Source: an uncultured Candidatus Rokubacteria bacterium
Lineage (GTDB): Bacteria; Methylomirabilota; Methylomirabilia; Rokubacteriales; CSP1-6
Assembly (NCBI GenBank): GCA_963762145.1
Contig: CAVXJS010000021.1
Span: forward strand, 1-64,000
DNA length: 64,000 nt
Direction of reading: 5' to 3'
In this document: piece after piece, positions 17,938-27,548 of the stretch
Position numbering within the stretch: the first letter of the stretch is position 1
Layout: the number at the start of each line of letters is the position of its first letter
Notes under the pieces: generated by a model
Told to the model about the DNA's origin: nothing
Database searches by the model: none
What the model saw: the letters and a program-made list of their open reading frames with translations, nothing else
Made by a program: the position numbers and the translations under genes

Positions 17938-18854
17938 GCGCGGCGATCCGGGCCGGGGAGGTCACGCTGGAGCGCGCGAACGCGCCGATCACGGGCCCGA
18001 CCGCGGGCCGCCGATCCCTCCGGCGGCTCTGGCGGCTCAAGTGGGGCCTGGCCGCCGCGCTGGTCCTGCTCCTGATCGTGCTCGTCACCCTCGCCGCGCC
18101 GTGGCTCGCGCCCTACAGCCCGGTGGAGGTGGACATCCAGCACCGGCTGGCGCCGCCCGCGTGGATGGAGGGCGGCAAGACCGACCACTGGCTCGGCACC
18201 GACCAGATCGGCCGCGATCTCCTGTCGCGCATGATCTACGGGGGGCGGGTCTCGCTCCTGATCGGGGTGAGCGCGGTGGCGATCTCCTCGACCATCGGGG
18301 TGCTGCTGGGGCTGGCGGCGGGCTACTTCGGGGCCAAGATCGACTGGTTCATCATGACGCTGATCAACGTCATGCTCACGTTCCCGTTCGTGCTGCTGGC
18401 CTTGGCGGTGATCGCGGTGCTGGGCCCCAGCCTGCTCAACATGATCTTCGTCCTGGGCATCGCGGGCTGGCCGATCTACGCGCGGGTCATCCGGGCCGAG
18501 ACCATGGCGCTCCGCGAGCGCGAGTTCGTGGTCGCCGGCCGCGCGCTCGGCATGAGCCACGCGCGCATCATCTTCGGCCAGATCCTCCCCAACCTGATCT
18601 CGGCGATCACGGTGGTCGCCACCCTGCAGATCGCGCAGGTGATCATCCTCGAGTCGTTCCTGTCCTTCCTGGGCCTGGGCGTGCAGCCCCCGACCCCCGC
18701 GTGGGGCAACATGCTCGGGGAGGGCCGGGTCTACATGCTGAACTCGTGGTGGATCGCCGCCTTCCCGGGCGCGGCCATCTTCGTCACCACGCTCGTCATC
18801 AACCTCATGGGCAACGCGCTCCGCGACTGGCTCGACCCCCACATGAAGCTATGA
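17934..18854 (+). CDS. Peptide ABC permease (DppC-like)
   Basis: GTGA overlap with the upstream stop; HWLGTDQIGRDLLSR, PAWGNML, LRDWLDP. Confidence 0.92.
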   Translation: MSAAIRAGEVTLERANAPITGPTAGRRSLRRLWRLKWGLAAALVLLLIVLVTLAAPWLAPYSPVEVDIQHRLAPPAWMEGGKTDHWLGTDQIGRDLLSRMIYGGRVSLLIGVSAVAISSTIGVLLGLAAGYFGAKIDWFIMTLINVMLTFPFVLLALAVIAVLGPSLLNMIFVLGIAGWPIYARVIRAETMALREREFVVAGRALGMSHARIIFGQILPNLISAITVVATLQIAQVIILESFLSFLGLGVQPPTPAWGNMLGEGRVYMLNSWWIAAFPGAAIFVTTLVINLMGNALRDWLDPHMKL

Positions 18855-18865
18855 GGGCGAGCCGG

Positions 18866-19225
18866 TCACTTGTAGCCGGAGCCGGCCTTCTTGTACTCCT
18901 CGCGCGGCGGCGAAAAGATGTCGAGCACCACCGCGCGCTTGTCGGTGGCGCGGCCGCCGTGCGGCACGTGGGGCGGCGTCTGCCAGAAGTCGCCCGCCTT
19001 GACCTGGTGCTCGACCCCGTCCTGGATCCGGATCCACTCGCCCTCGAGGCACACGCCCCACTGCTCGTTGGCGTGCGAGTGCACCGGCGACACCGAGCCG
19101 GGCTGGATCTCCACCACCGAGAGCATCAGGTGCTCGCCGGGGAACACGCGGGCGGTCAACCCCTCCGCGAGCTGCCGCGGGATGCCGCCCTCCTTCAGGT
19201 TGTGAAAGCACGACGCGTCGGCCAT
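18866..19225 (-). CDS. Cupin domain protein
   Basis: PVHSHANEQ...PPHVPHG...DIFSPPRE; AGGAGG SD. Confidence 0.88.
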   Translation of the reverse strand: MADASCFHNLKEGGIPRQLAEGLTARVFPGEHLMLSVVEIQPGSVSPVHSHANEQWGVCLEGEWIRIQDGVEHQVKAGDFWQTPPHVPHGGRATDKRAVVLDIFSPPREEYKKAGSGYK

Positions 19226-19269
19226 GATCTCCTCCTTTCCTCTGGGGCGCCATTCTACAGGAGACCCGC

Positions 19270-20754
19270 GTGAGAGTGTTTCTCGCCATGCTGTCGCACG
19301 AGACGAATACCTTCAGCAACGTCCCCACCGACCGCGTCCAGTTCGAGGCGCGCGGCCTGAGCTACGGCGGCGAGATCGTCGAGGGCTATCGCGGGACCGG
19401 CACCTGCCTGGGCGGCATGATCGGGGCGGCCGAGCGCCTCGGGATGACGCTGCTGCCGTCGGTGGCGGCGACCGCCTCGCCGGCCGGCCTCGTCACGCGG
19501 GACATCTACCAGCACGTCAAGCAGCGCATGCTGACCGACCTCGAGGCCGCGGGCCGGCTCGACGGCGTGCTCCTGGACCTGCACGGGGCGATGGTGCCGG
19601 AGGGCGTGGACGACGGCGAGGGCGACATCATCGCGGCGGTGCGCCAGGCGGTGGGGCCCGACGTGCCGATCGCGGTCACGCTCGATTTCCACGGCAACCT
19701 CGGCCGGGACATGATCGCGGGGGCGGATCTGCTGCACGGCTACAAGACCTACCCGCACGTGGACATGGCCGAGCGCGGCGTGGAGGCGGCCGAGCGGCTC
19801 GCCCAGGTGATCGCCGGGCGCCTCAAGCCGACCGCGGCGTGGCGGAAGCCGCCGCTGATGCCGCCGCTCGGCCGCCAGGGCACCGCGCGCGGGCCGATGC
19901 GGCGGCTCTACGATCTGGCCGACGAGATGGAGCGAGACCCGAAGGTCATCTCGATCTCGCTCTTCGCCGGCTTCCCCTACGCGGACATCCCCGACGCGGG
20001 TCTCGGCGTCTACGTGGTGACGGACGATGACAAGGCCCTCGCGGAGCGGCTCGCCGACCAGCTCGCGCGCGTGGCCTGGGAGCATCGGCACGAGTTCATC
20101 CACACCGCGCTGCCGGTGAAGGAGGCGGTGGCCGCGGCGCTCGCCGCCGAGGGCCGGCCCATCGTGCTCGCCGACATGGCCGACAACACCGGCGGCGGCG
20201 CGGCGGGCGACGGCACCGAGATCCTGCGCGAGCTGCTGCGGGTGGGCGCGCGCAGCGCGACGGTGGCGTGCATCTGGGACGCCGCGGCGGTACAGGCGTG
20301 CGTGAAGGCGGGGGTCGGCGCGCTCCGTGACCCTCGACGTCGGCGGCAAGGTGGACGACCGGCACGGCGCGCCGGTGCGCGTGACCGGCACCGTGCGCAC
20401 GCTCTCCGACGGACGCTTCATCCACCACGGGCCGATGATGAACGGCCTGCCGGGCCGGCTCGGGACCACCGCGGTACTGGACGTGAACGACGTAAAGGTG
20501 ATACTCATCTCCTACCGCTGGCAGACGCTCGACCCGGAGATGATCCGGTTCGTCGGGATCGACCCCCTCAGGGAGAAAATCCTGGTCGTGAAGTCCACCA
20601 TCCACTACCGCGCGGCCTTCGAGCCGATCGCCAAGGAGATCATCGAGGTCGACGCGCCGGGGTTGTCTTCATCCAACCTCGCGCGTTTCGAGTTCGGCGC
20701 GTCCGGCGGCCCATCTTCCCGCTCGATCCCGACACCGTGTACGAGCCGGAGTAG
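19270..20754 (+). CDS. M81 family metallopeptidase (MlrC-like); frameshifts near 20320 and 20695
   Basis: HETNTFS, LDLHGAM, LDFHGN, YKTYPHVD, DNTGGG; the C-terminus VVKSTIHYRAAF is in another frame. Confidence 0.87.
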   Translation: MRVFLAMLSHETNTFSNVPTDRVQFEARGLSYGGEIVEGYRGTGTCLGGMIGAAERLGMTLLPSVAATASPAGLVTRDIYQHVKQRMLTDLEAAGRLDGVLLDLHGAMVPEGVDDGEGDIIAAVRQAVGPDVPIAVTLDFHGNLGRDMIAGADLLHGYKTYPHVDMAERGVEAAERLAQVIAGRLKPTAAWRKPPLMPPLGRQGTARGPMRRLYDLADEMERDPKVISISLFAGFPYADIPDAGLGVYVVTDDDKALAERLADQLARVAWEHRHEFIHTALPVKEAVAAALAAEGRPIVLADMADNTGGGAAGDGTEILRELLRVGARSATVACIWDAAAVQACVKAGVGALRDPRRRRQGGRPARRAGARDRHRAHALRRTLHPPRADDERPAGPARDHRGTGRERRKGDTHLLPLADARPGDDPVRRDRPPQGENPGREVHHPLPRGLRADRQGDHRGRRAGVVFIQPRAFRVRRVRRPIFPLDPDTVYEPE

Positions 20755-20768
20755 AAGGAGGCCCTCGC

Positions 20769-21395
20769 ATGTCGTTCAGCGGCTTCACGTCGTCCGACTT
20801 CAAGGTGTTCGATATTCCCGGCTTCGAGCCCCGCATGGCGGCGATCAAGGGTCGCGTCCGCCCCAAGCTGGAGGCGGTGGGACGGGAGCTGCTGCCCGAC
20901 GTGGCGCGCATCGGCGGCGCGCCCGCCTTCGCCCACGTGGCCAAGCACGCGCGCCGGACCGTGAACGCGCCCGACGACACCTGGGTGGCCTTCGCGCTCG
21001 ACCAGCGCGGCTACAAGAAGCACTGCCACTTCAAGGTCGCGCTCTCGCGCACCGGGGTGCGCTTCCTGTTCGAGGCCGGCCCCGAGCACGCGCAGAAGAA
21101 GCGCTGGCTCGCCGCCTGGAAGCGCCACACGCGACAGCTCGTCCCGGTGCTCCGCCGGGCCAAGGGGCTCGGCTGGTTCAAGGACGAGCACGACGAGGCC
21201 CCGTCCGCGATCCTCACCGACCTGCCCGCCGACGCGGTGGCCCGGCTCGGCGACGAGCTCCTGCGCACGCGCGACGGCCAGTTCGTCCTCGGCCGCTGCG
21301 TCCCCGCCGAGGAGGCCGCGAAGTGGAAGCCCCGCGAGTACGCGCGCGCTGCCCGCGAGACGTTCACCTGCTCGCGCCCCTGTCGCTTGAAGTGA
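20769..21395 (+). CDS. DUF1054 (YktB/UPF0637) family protein
   Basis: FTSSDFKVFDIPGFEPRM, HVAKHARRTVNAPDDTWVAF, RGYKKHCHF. The extreme C-terminus may be frameshifted. Confidence 0.8.
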   Translation: MSFSGFTSSDFKVFDIPGFEPRMAAIKGRVRPKLEAVGRELLPDVARIGGAPAFAHVAKHARRTVNAPDDTWVAFALDQRGYKKHCHFKVALSRTGVRFLFEAGPEHAQKKRWLAAWKRHTRQLVPVLRRAKGLGWFKDEHDEAPSAILTDLPADAVARLGDELLRTRDGQFVLGRCVPAEEAAKWKPREYARAARETFTCSRPCRLK

Positions 21396-21505
21396 CGGCT
21401 CACGGCGTCCGCTGACGCCGGGTCCGTCATATGCGGGGGCCACTGGCCCCCCACTCGCAGGAGCGGACACTTCGTCCGCCCCCAGCGGGTCGCCCCGGAC
21501 CGACC

Positions 21506-22158
21506 GTGACCGCCGCGATCTTCGACATGGATGGGGTGCTGATCGACAGCGGGGCGCACCATCGGCAGGCGTGGCGCGCGCTGCTGGCGAGCTGGGCGCC
21601 GAGCCCGCGCATCCCGAGCACTGGCGGCTGACCATCGGCCGCCCCAGCGAGGAGGCCATCCCGCTGCTCCTCGGGCGTCGCATGAGCGGCGCGGAGGCGC
21701 GCACGCCTGGCGCGGCGCAAGCGCGACCTCTACCAGGAGCTGACCGAGCGCGGCACTCGAGCCGGTGCCCGGGGTGCCCGAGTTCCTCGCGTCGCTGGCC
21801 CGGCAGGGCGTGCCGCGCGCCGTCGGCACCTCGGCCTCGCGCTGGGACGCCGAGCGCCTCCTCGACGATCTGGGGCTCGCTGCGCTACTTCGACGTGGTG
21901 GTGACCTCCGACGACGTCATGCTGGGCAAGCCCGATCCGGAGGTCTGGACGCAGGCGGCCCGCCGGCTCCGCGTCGCGCCGGCGACCTGCGTGGTGTTCG
22001 AGGACGCGCTGGTCGGCGTGCAGGCCGCGCGGGCGGCGGGCATGCGGGTGATCGGGGTCACCACCGCGCACACCGAAGCGGAGATGGTCGCCGCCGGCGC
22101 CGACCGCACCATTCCCGACTTCCAGGGACTCGAGTGGAGCCGGATCGCCCGGCCGTGA
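21506..22158 (+). CDS. HAD family phosphatase (beta-PGM-like); frameshifted
   Basis: AAIFDMDGVLIDS, VGTSA, GKPDPE and CVVFEDALVG are distributed over three frames. Confidence 0.82.
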
Positions 22159-22756
22159 GCACGGCCGGCTTCTGGGACGGCCTCTACGCGGCCCCCAGGA
22201 CGGCTGGGATCTCGGGGGAGCCGCGCCGGCGCTCGAGGACTGGCTGGCTCCGGGCGGAACGCTTCCGGGCGCGGACGGCGCGCGGGTTGCGGTTCCTGGG
22301 GCGGGCGTGGTCACGATGCGCGCCTGCTGGCTCGTCACGGGCTATCGGGTCACGGCCTTCGATTTTTCCGACGCGGCGGTGGCCGAGGCGCGGCGCGCTG
22401 GCGGCGCGCGACGGGGTGGACGTGGCGTTGGAGCAGCGCGACATGTTCGCGCTCGGCGCGGACTCGCGGGGGCCTTCGACGGGGTGTGGGAGTACACGTG
22501 CTTCTGCGCCATCGATCCCGGTCGGCGGGAGGAGTACATGCGCGTGCTCCACGCGATCCTGCGGCCGGGCGGGCTCCTGCTCGCCTGCTTCTACCCGCTG
22601 CGCGAGGGCGGGGACGGCCCGCCGTTCCCCGTCTCCCGGGGCGACATCGACCGGGCCCTGGCGGGCCGCTTCACGGTGGAGCGGGCCGGGCCGCCGGGCC
22701 GCTCCGCCGACCGCCGCCGGGATCTCGAATGGCTCGTCGCGGCGCGCCGGTCCTGA
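22155..22756 (+). CDS. Thiopurine S-methyltransferase-like SAM methyltransferase; frameshifted
   Basis: FWDGLY...GWD, FDGVWEYTCFCAIDP, GPPFPVS. Confidence 0.75.
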
Positions 22757-22849
22757 TCGGGTTCGTTGACCGGCCGTGCGCGGGCGTGTTAGGGTTGGCG
22801 CACTTTTCTCTCGCCGTCCAAGAACTTAAGCCTTAATGAGGAGGCATCC

Positions 22850-24184
22850 ATGAAGTCTCCCCGCACCTTGTCTCGCATCCACTCGGGTCTGGCCGCGCTC
22901 GCCGCGATCGCGCTGCTCGCGGTCTCGGCCGCGCCGGCGGCGGCCCAGGGCCAGACCATCAAGATCGGCACCCTCTACGATCACTCCGGGCCCTTCTCCG
23001 CCGCCGGGTCGCTCAACTGCTGGCGCGGGGCCAAGATGATGATCGACTACATCAACGAGAAGGGCGGCGTGCTCGGCAAGTACAAGATCGTGCAGGTGGA
23101 CGGCGATAGCCAGTCCAAGGCCGACGTGGCGATCAACGAAGCGGAGCGGTTGCTCAACGTCGAGAAGGTGGACATCCTGGCCGGCGTCTACTCGAGCGCC
23201 CACGCGGTCCCGATCGCGGAGCGGGTGGACAAGCAGAAGAAGTTCCTGTGGATCACCACCGCCATCGCGGACGCGGTGCTGAAGGACCGGAACCTCCAGT
23301 ACACGTTCCGGCCCCAGCCCAACGGCAGCCTCTTCGGCATCAACAGCGTGGACTACATCGCCGGCTACGCGCAGGAGCGGCTGAAGAAGCCGGCCAAGGA
23401 CGTGCGCATCGCCATCATCTACGAGGACGGGCCCTACGGGGCCGGGGTGGCCGCGGCCAACGAATCCGCGGGCAAGACACACGGCATGCAGATCGTGCTG
23501 AAGGAAGGCTACTCCGCGCAGGCCGCCGACCTCTCCTCGCTCGTGACCAAGCTGCGCGCCGCGCGGCCGGACGTACTCTTCCACACCGGGTACAACCCGG
23601 ACATCAACCTGTTCCTGCGCCAGTCGAAGGAGCAGGGCCTGCGCGTGAAGGCCTACCTGGGGCACGGGGCCGGCCACAGCCAGCTCGACAAGCTGAAGGA
23701 GGCCTTCGGCAACGAGGTGGAGGGCTTCCACAGCGCGGACCCGCCCGCCTCCCAGCTCATCGACGCCAAGAACCTGAAGCCGGGCGTGGCCGATCTGACC
23801 CAGGAGATGGTGAAGCGCTACAAGGCCTTCGAGCCGAACGTCCCGGTCAACAACATCGCCCCGCACGTCTCGATGGGCTTCAACAACATGTGGATCCTGC
23901 TCAACGACGTGCTGCCACGCGCCATCCAGAAGCACGGCGGCTTCAACGCGGAAGCGCTCGCCAAGGCGGCCCGGGAGACCGACATCCCCGAGGGCGGCAG
24001 CATGCAGGGATACGGCGTCAAGTTCCTCGGCGAGGGCAATGCCATGCGCGGCCAGAACGAGCGCGCCATCGCCGCGGTGTACCAGGTGGTGGACGGTCAG
24101 TTCCGCCACGTGTGGCCCAAGATCATCGCGACGCCGAACGCGCCGGTCCTGCTGCCCACTTCGTCCCCCTGGGCGTCACGCTAA
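22850..24184 (+). CDS. Branched-chain amino acid-type ABC substrate-binding protein
   Basis: Signal peptide; IKIGTLYDHSG, INEKGGVLG, YEDGPYG. Confidence 0.9.
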   Translation: MKSPRTLSRIHSGLAALAAIALLAVSAAPAAAQGQTIKIGTLYDHSGPFSAAGSLNCWRGAKMMIDYINEKGGVLGKYKIVQVDGDSQSKADVAINEAERLLNVEKVDILAGVYSSAHAVPIAERVDKQKKFLWITTAIADAVLKDRNLQYTFRPQPNGSLFGINSVDYIAGYAQERLKKPAKDVRIAIIYEDGPYGAGVAAANESAGKTHGMQIVLKEGYSAQAADLSSLVTKLRAARPDVLFHTGYNPDINLFLRQSKEQGLRVKAYLGHGAGHSQLDKLKEAFGNEVEGFHSADPPASQLIDAKNLKPGVADLTQEMVKRYKAFEPNVPVNNIAPHVSMGFNNMWILLNDVLPRAIQKHGGFNAEALAKAARETDIPEGGSMQGYGVKFLGEGNAMRGQNERAIAAVYQVVDGQFRHVWPKIIATPNAPVLLPTSSPWASR

Positions 24185-24195
24185 CCTGATCGCCA

Positions 24196-24223
24196 GCGCG
24201 GCGGGGCCCTGGCCCCGCCGCGC
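24196..24223 (+). other. Perfect stem-loop after the SBP gene
   Basis: GCGCGGCGGGGCC-CT-GGCCCCGCCGCGC. Confidence 0.6.
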
Positions 24224-24233
24224 CGACTCCCGC

Positions 24234-24965
24234 GTGCTCACGATCAGCCGGCTCACCAAGCAGTTCGGCGGCTTCACCGCGCTGAACGCGGTCTCCTTCG
24301 ACGTGAAGCAGGGCGAGATCCTGGGCCTCATCGGGCCCAACGGCTCCGGCAAGACCACCTGCTTCAACTGCATCTCAGGCGCCCTGACCCCGACCTCGGG
24401 CACCATCCGCTTCAAGGACCACGACATCGCCGGGCTCACGCCCGACGCGGTCTGCCACCGCGGCCTCGCCCGCACGTTCCAGATCCCCCGCCCCTTCCGG
24501 AAGCTCACCATCCTCGAGAACGTGGCGGTGGCGGCCCACTTCGGCGCGGCCCAGCGCAACACGGAAGCGGAGGCGCGCCGCCATGCCCAGGAGATCCTCA
24601 CCCTGGTCGGCCTGCCCATCGATCCCGACGCCACCACCTCCACGCTCGGCGCGGGCGGCCTCAAGAAGCTCGAGCTGGCGCGCGCGCTCGCCACCCGGCC
24701 CACCCTGCTGCTGGCCGACGAGAGCCTGGGCGGGCTCGACCCCACCGAGATGCAGGACGCGGCCGAGATGCTGCGGCGCATCCGCGGCGAGCTCGGCATC
24801 ACGATCGTGTGGGTCGAGCACATCATGGGGACCCTGCTCCGGGTGGTGGACCGCCTGGTGGTCCTCGACCACGGCGAGAAGATCGCGGAGGGCGCGCCGC
24901 GCGAGGTCGCGGAGAATCCTCAGGTGATCGAGGCGTATCTGGGTGAGAAGGTGGTGCTCTCCTGA
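24234..24965 (+). CDS. ABC ATP-binding protein (LivG-like)
   Basis: GPNGSGKTT, ARTFQ, LLADE, VIEAYLG. Confidence 0.92.
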   Translation: MLTISRLTKQFGGFTALNAVSFDVKQGEILGLIGPNGSGKTTCFNCISGALTPTSGTIRFKDHDIAGLTPDAVCHRGLARTFQIPRPFRKLTILENVAVAAHFGAAQRNTEAEARRHAQEILTLVGLPIDPDATTSTLGAGGLKKLELARALATRPTLLLADESLGGLDPTEMQDAAEMLRRIRGELGITIVWVEHIMGTLLRVVDRLVVLDHGEKIAEGAPREVAENPQVIEAYLGEKVVLS

Positions 24966-25669
24966 TGCTCGAGCTCGCCCAGGTCACCGCGGGCTACGGG
25001 GCCTTCACCGCGCTCTGGGACGTGAGCCTGCGCGTGAGCCAGGGCGAGGCGGTGGCGGTGGTGGGCCCGAACGGCGCGGGGAAGACCACCCTGCTGCGCG
25101 CCATCTCCGGCCTCATCGCGCCGCGCGGGGGCCGTGTGACCTTCCAGGGTGCCGAGCTGGCAGGCAAGCCCGCCTACGACATCGTGGCGCACGGCATCGC
25201 CCACGTGCCGGAGGGGCGCCGGCTGTTCCCGCAGCTCACGGTGGCCGAGAACCTCAAGATGGGTGCCTTCCTGCCCGCCGCGCGCGCCCACTTCCACGAG
25301 AGCCTCGAGCGGGTCTACACGCTCTTCCCGGTGCTGGCCGAGCGGTCCACCCAGCGGGCGGGCAGCCTGTCGGGCGGCGAGCAGCAGATGGTCGCGGTGG
25401 GCCGGGCCCTCATGTCGCGGCCAAAACTGATCCTGTTCGACGAGCCCTCGATGGGCCTGGCTCCGGTCATGGTGCTGCGCCTCTTCGACCTGATCCGGCG
25501 CGTACGGGAAGAGGGGTACACCATCCTGGTCGTCGAGCAGAACGTGCGGCAGGTACTGAAGCTCGTGGACCGTGCCTACCTCCTGGAAGTCGGGCGTATC
25601 AAGATCGAGGGGCGCGCGGCCGATCTCGCCGAGCAGGACTTCGTGCGCCAGGCCTACGTGGGCTTCTGA
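24965..25669 (+). CDS. ABC ATP-binding protein (LivF-like)
   Basis: GPNGAGKTT, VPEGRRLF, LSGGEQQM, DEPSMGLAP. Confidence 0.93.
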   Translation: MLELAQVTAGYGAFTALWDVSLRVSQGEAVAVVGPNGAGKTTLLRAISGLIAPRGGRVTFQGAELAGKPAYDIVAHGIAHVPEGRRLFPQLTVAENLKMGAFLPAARAHFHESLERVYTLFPVLAERSTQRAGSLSGGEQQMVAVGRALMSRPKLILFDEPSMGLAPVMVLRLFDLIRRVREEGYTILVVEQNVRQVLKLVDRAYLLEVGRIKIEGRAADLAEQDFVRQAYVGF

Positions 25670-25671
25670 GC

Positions 25672-26538
25672 ATGCTCGAGCCCATCTTCATCCTCGAGGC
25701 GGTGATCAACGGCATCCTGCTGGGCGGGGTGCTCGCCCTCCTGGCCCTGGGGCTCAACCTGATCTTCGGCGTCATCGACATCGTGTGGATCGCGTACGTC
25801 GACATCGTCGCGCTGTGCATGTACGGGGTGTATTTCCTGGTCACCCTGTACGGCTGGCCGCTGTGGCTGGCCGGGCTGGCCGCGATCTTGATCGGCGCGG
25901 GGCTGGGCGTGCTCGTGCACCTGCTCATCATCACCCCCATCCTCTCGAGCCCGCCCATCAACCAGCTCCTCGCCACCGGCGGGCTGCTGTTCTTCATCCA
26001 GTCCGTCGCCACCCTGCTCTGGTCCACCGACCACCGCTCGGTGCGCGTGACCCTGCCCACCATCGAGGTGGGCGGCATCTTCATCTCCTTCTCGCGGCTG
26101 CTCGCCTTCGGACTCTCGATCCTGGCCATGATCGCGCTCTATTTCTTCCTCAAGCGCACCTACGTGGGCACCGCGATCCGCGCGGTGAGCCAGGACCGCG
26201 AGGCCATCGCGCTCATGGGGGCGCGGCCCCAGCGGCTCTACATCGTCACCTCGGCGGTGGGCGGGGCGATGGCGGGGGTGGCGGGAGCGCTGCTCATCAT
26301 CCAGTACGCGGTGCACCCCTACTTCGGCGGGGCCTTCGGGCCGCTGACGTTCATGATCTGCGTGCTGGGCGGCCTCGGCAACATGGTGGGCGCGTTCTTC
26401 GCCGCGTTCATCATGGCCCAGGTCATCTCGGTGGGCGGGGTGATGGTCTCGACCGAGATGGGCTACGTGATCGCCTTCGTCATCTTCATCGTGCTGATGT
26501 TCGTCCGCCCGGGCGGCATCTTCGCCAAGCGCGGATGA
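25672..26538 (+). CDS. Branched-chain amino acid ABC permease (LivH-like)
   Basis: ALGLNLIFGV, GTAIRAVSQD, VLGGLGN, RPGGIF. Confidence 0.92.
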   Translation: MLEPIFILEAVINGILLGGVLALLALGLNLIFGVIDIVWIAYVDIVALCMYGVYFLVTLYGWPLWLAGLAAILIGAGLGVLVHLLIITPILSSPPINQLLATGGLLFFIQSVATLLWSTDHRSVRVTLPTIEVGGIFISFSRLLAFGLSILAMIALYFFLKRTYVGTAIRAVSQDREAIALMGARPQRLYIVTSAVGGAMAGVAGALLIIQYAVHPYFGGAFGPLTFMICVLGGLGNMVGAFFAAFIMAQVISVGGVMVSTEMGYVIAFVIFIVLMFVRPGGIFAKRG

Positions 26539-27548
26539 CCCTCGCGTTCCGCGTCCTGGGGCTGCTCGCGCTGGTCGCGATGGCCCTGATCCCGTTCCTG
26601 CCCCTGGGCGCCGCCCAGGAATATATCTGGCACGTCATCATCCAGATCTTCCTGTGGTCGTTCGTCGGCAACGCGTGGTCGCTGATGGGCCGCTTCGGCC
26701 TCGTGTCGCTCGGCCACGGCGCGTTCCTCGGCGTCGGCGCCTACGCGACCGTGCTGCTCTGGAACTTCTACGGGATGACGCCGTGGGTCGGTGTCGTCCT
26801 CGCGGTGCTGCTCACCGTCGCGCTGGCCCTCGTGGTCGCCTACCCGTGCTCGCGCTTCCAGGTGGTGGGCCACTACTTCGGGCTCGTCACGCTCGCGGTG
26901 GGCGAGGTGGTGCGCCTGTGGATCGTGGCCGAGCGCGACTGGACCGGCGGCTCCCTCGGGGTGAGCCTCAAGACCGGCGGCACCGCCTCCGGCCTGTGGA
27001 CACTCCAGTTCGCCGACAAGCGCGTCTTCTACTATGTCGGCATGGCGGCCTGGCTCTTCGGCCTCTGGGTGTGGTGGCGGGTGGACCGCAGCATGGCCCG
27101 CTCGGCCATGGAGGCCATCGGCGAGGACGAGACCGCCGCGGCCTCGGTGGGCATCCGGGTCACGCGCTTCAAGATGGGCATCACCGCGCTGTCGGCCGGG
27201 CTGACCGCGCTGGGCGGTGCGCTGCTCGCGCTCTATCTCGCCTACACGAACCCGGACACGCTCTCCGGCATCGGGGTGTCGCTGCGCATCGTCTTCGCGG
27301 TGGTGCTGGGCGGGATGTACTCGCTGCTCGGGCCCTTCGTGGGCACCGCGCTGACCATCGCACTGAGCGAGTACCTGCGCATCTACTTCGGCATCAAGCT
27401 GATCGGCATCGCGGAGACGATCTACGGGCTCCTGCTGATCATCTTCATCATCTTCCTGCCCGCCGGGATCTACGGGTCGATCCGCGACGCGCTGTTCCGC
27501 CGTCGCCCCGCCCGAGCCTCCGGCGCCGCGGTCCGGACGCCCTCGTGA
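26535..27548 (+). CDS. Branched-chain amino acid ABC permease (LivM-like)
   Basis: GLVSLGHGAFLGVGAY, AIGEDETAAASVG, LPAGIYG. Confidence 0.92.
   Translation: MTLAFRVLGLLALVAMALIPFLPLGAAQEYIWHVIIQIFLWSFVGNAWSLMGRFGLVSLGHGAFLGVGAYATVLLWNFYGMTPWVGVVLAVLLTVALALVVAYPCSRFQVVGHYFGLVTLAVGEVVRLWIVAERDWTGGSLGVSLKTGGTASGLWTLQFADKRVFYYVGMAAWLFGLWVWWRVDRSMARSAMEAIGEDETAAASVGIRVTRFKMGITALSAGLTALGGALLALYLAYTNPDTLSGIGVSLRIVFAVVLGGMYSLLGPFVGTALTIALSEYLRIYFGIKLIGIAETIYGLLLIIFIIFLPAGIYGSIRDALFRRRPARASGAAVRTPS

Noticed and set aside
19270-20754. Programmed ribosomal frameshifting in the M81 gene (and other split genes)
   Set aside because: No clear slippery heptamers, and the shifts are numerous and patchy, consistent with sequencing error.
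19270-20754. Microcystin degradation pathway
   Set aside because: Only an MlrC-family homolog is present, with no mlrA/B/D. The family is widespread.
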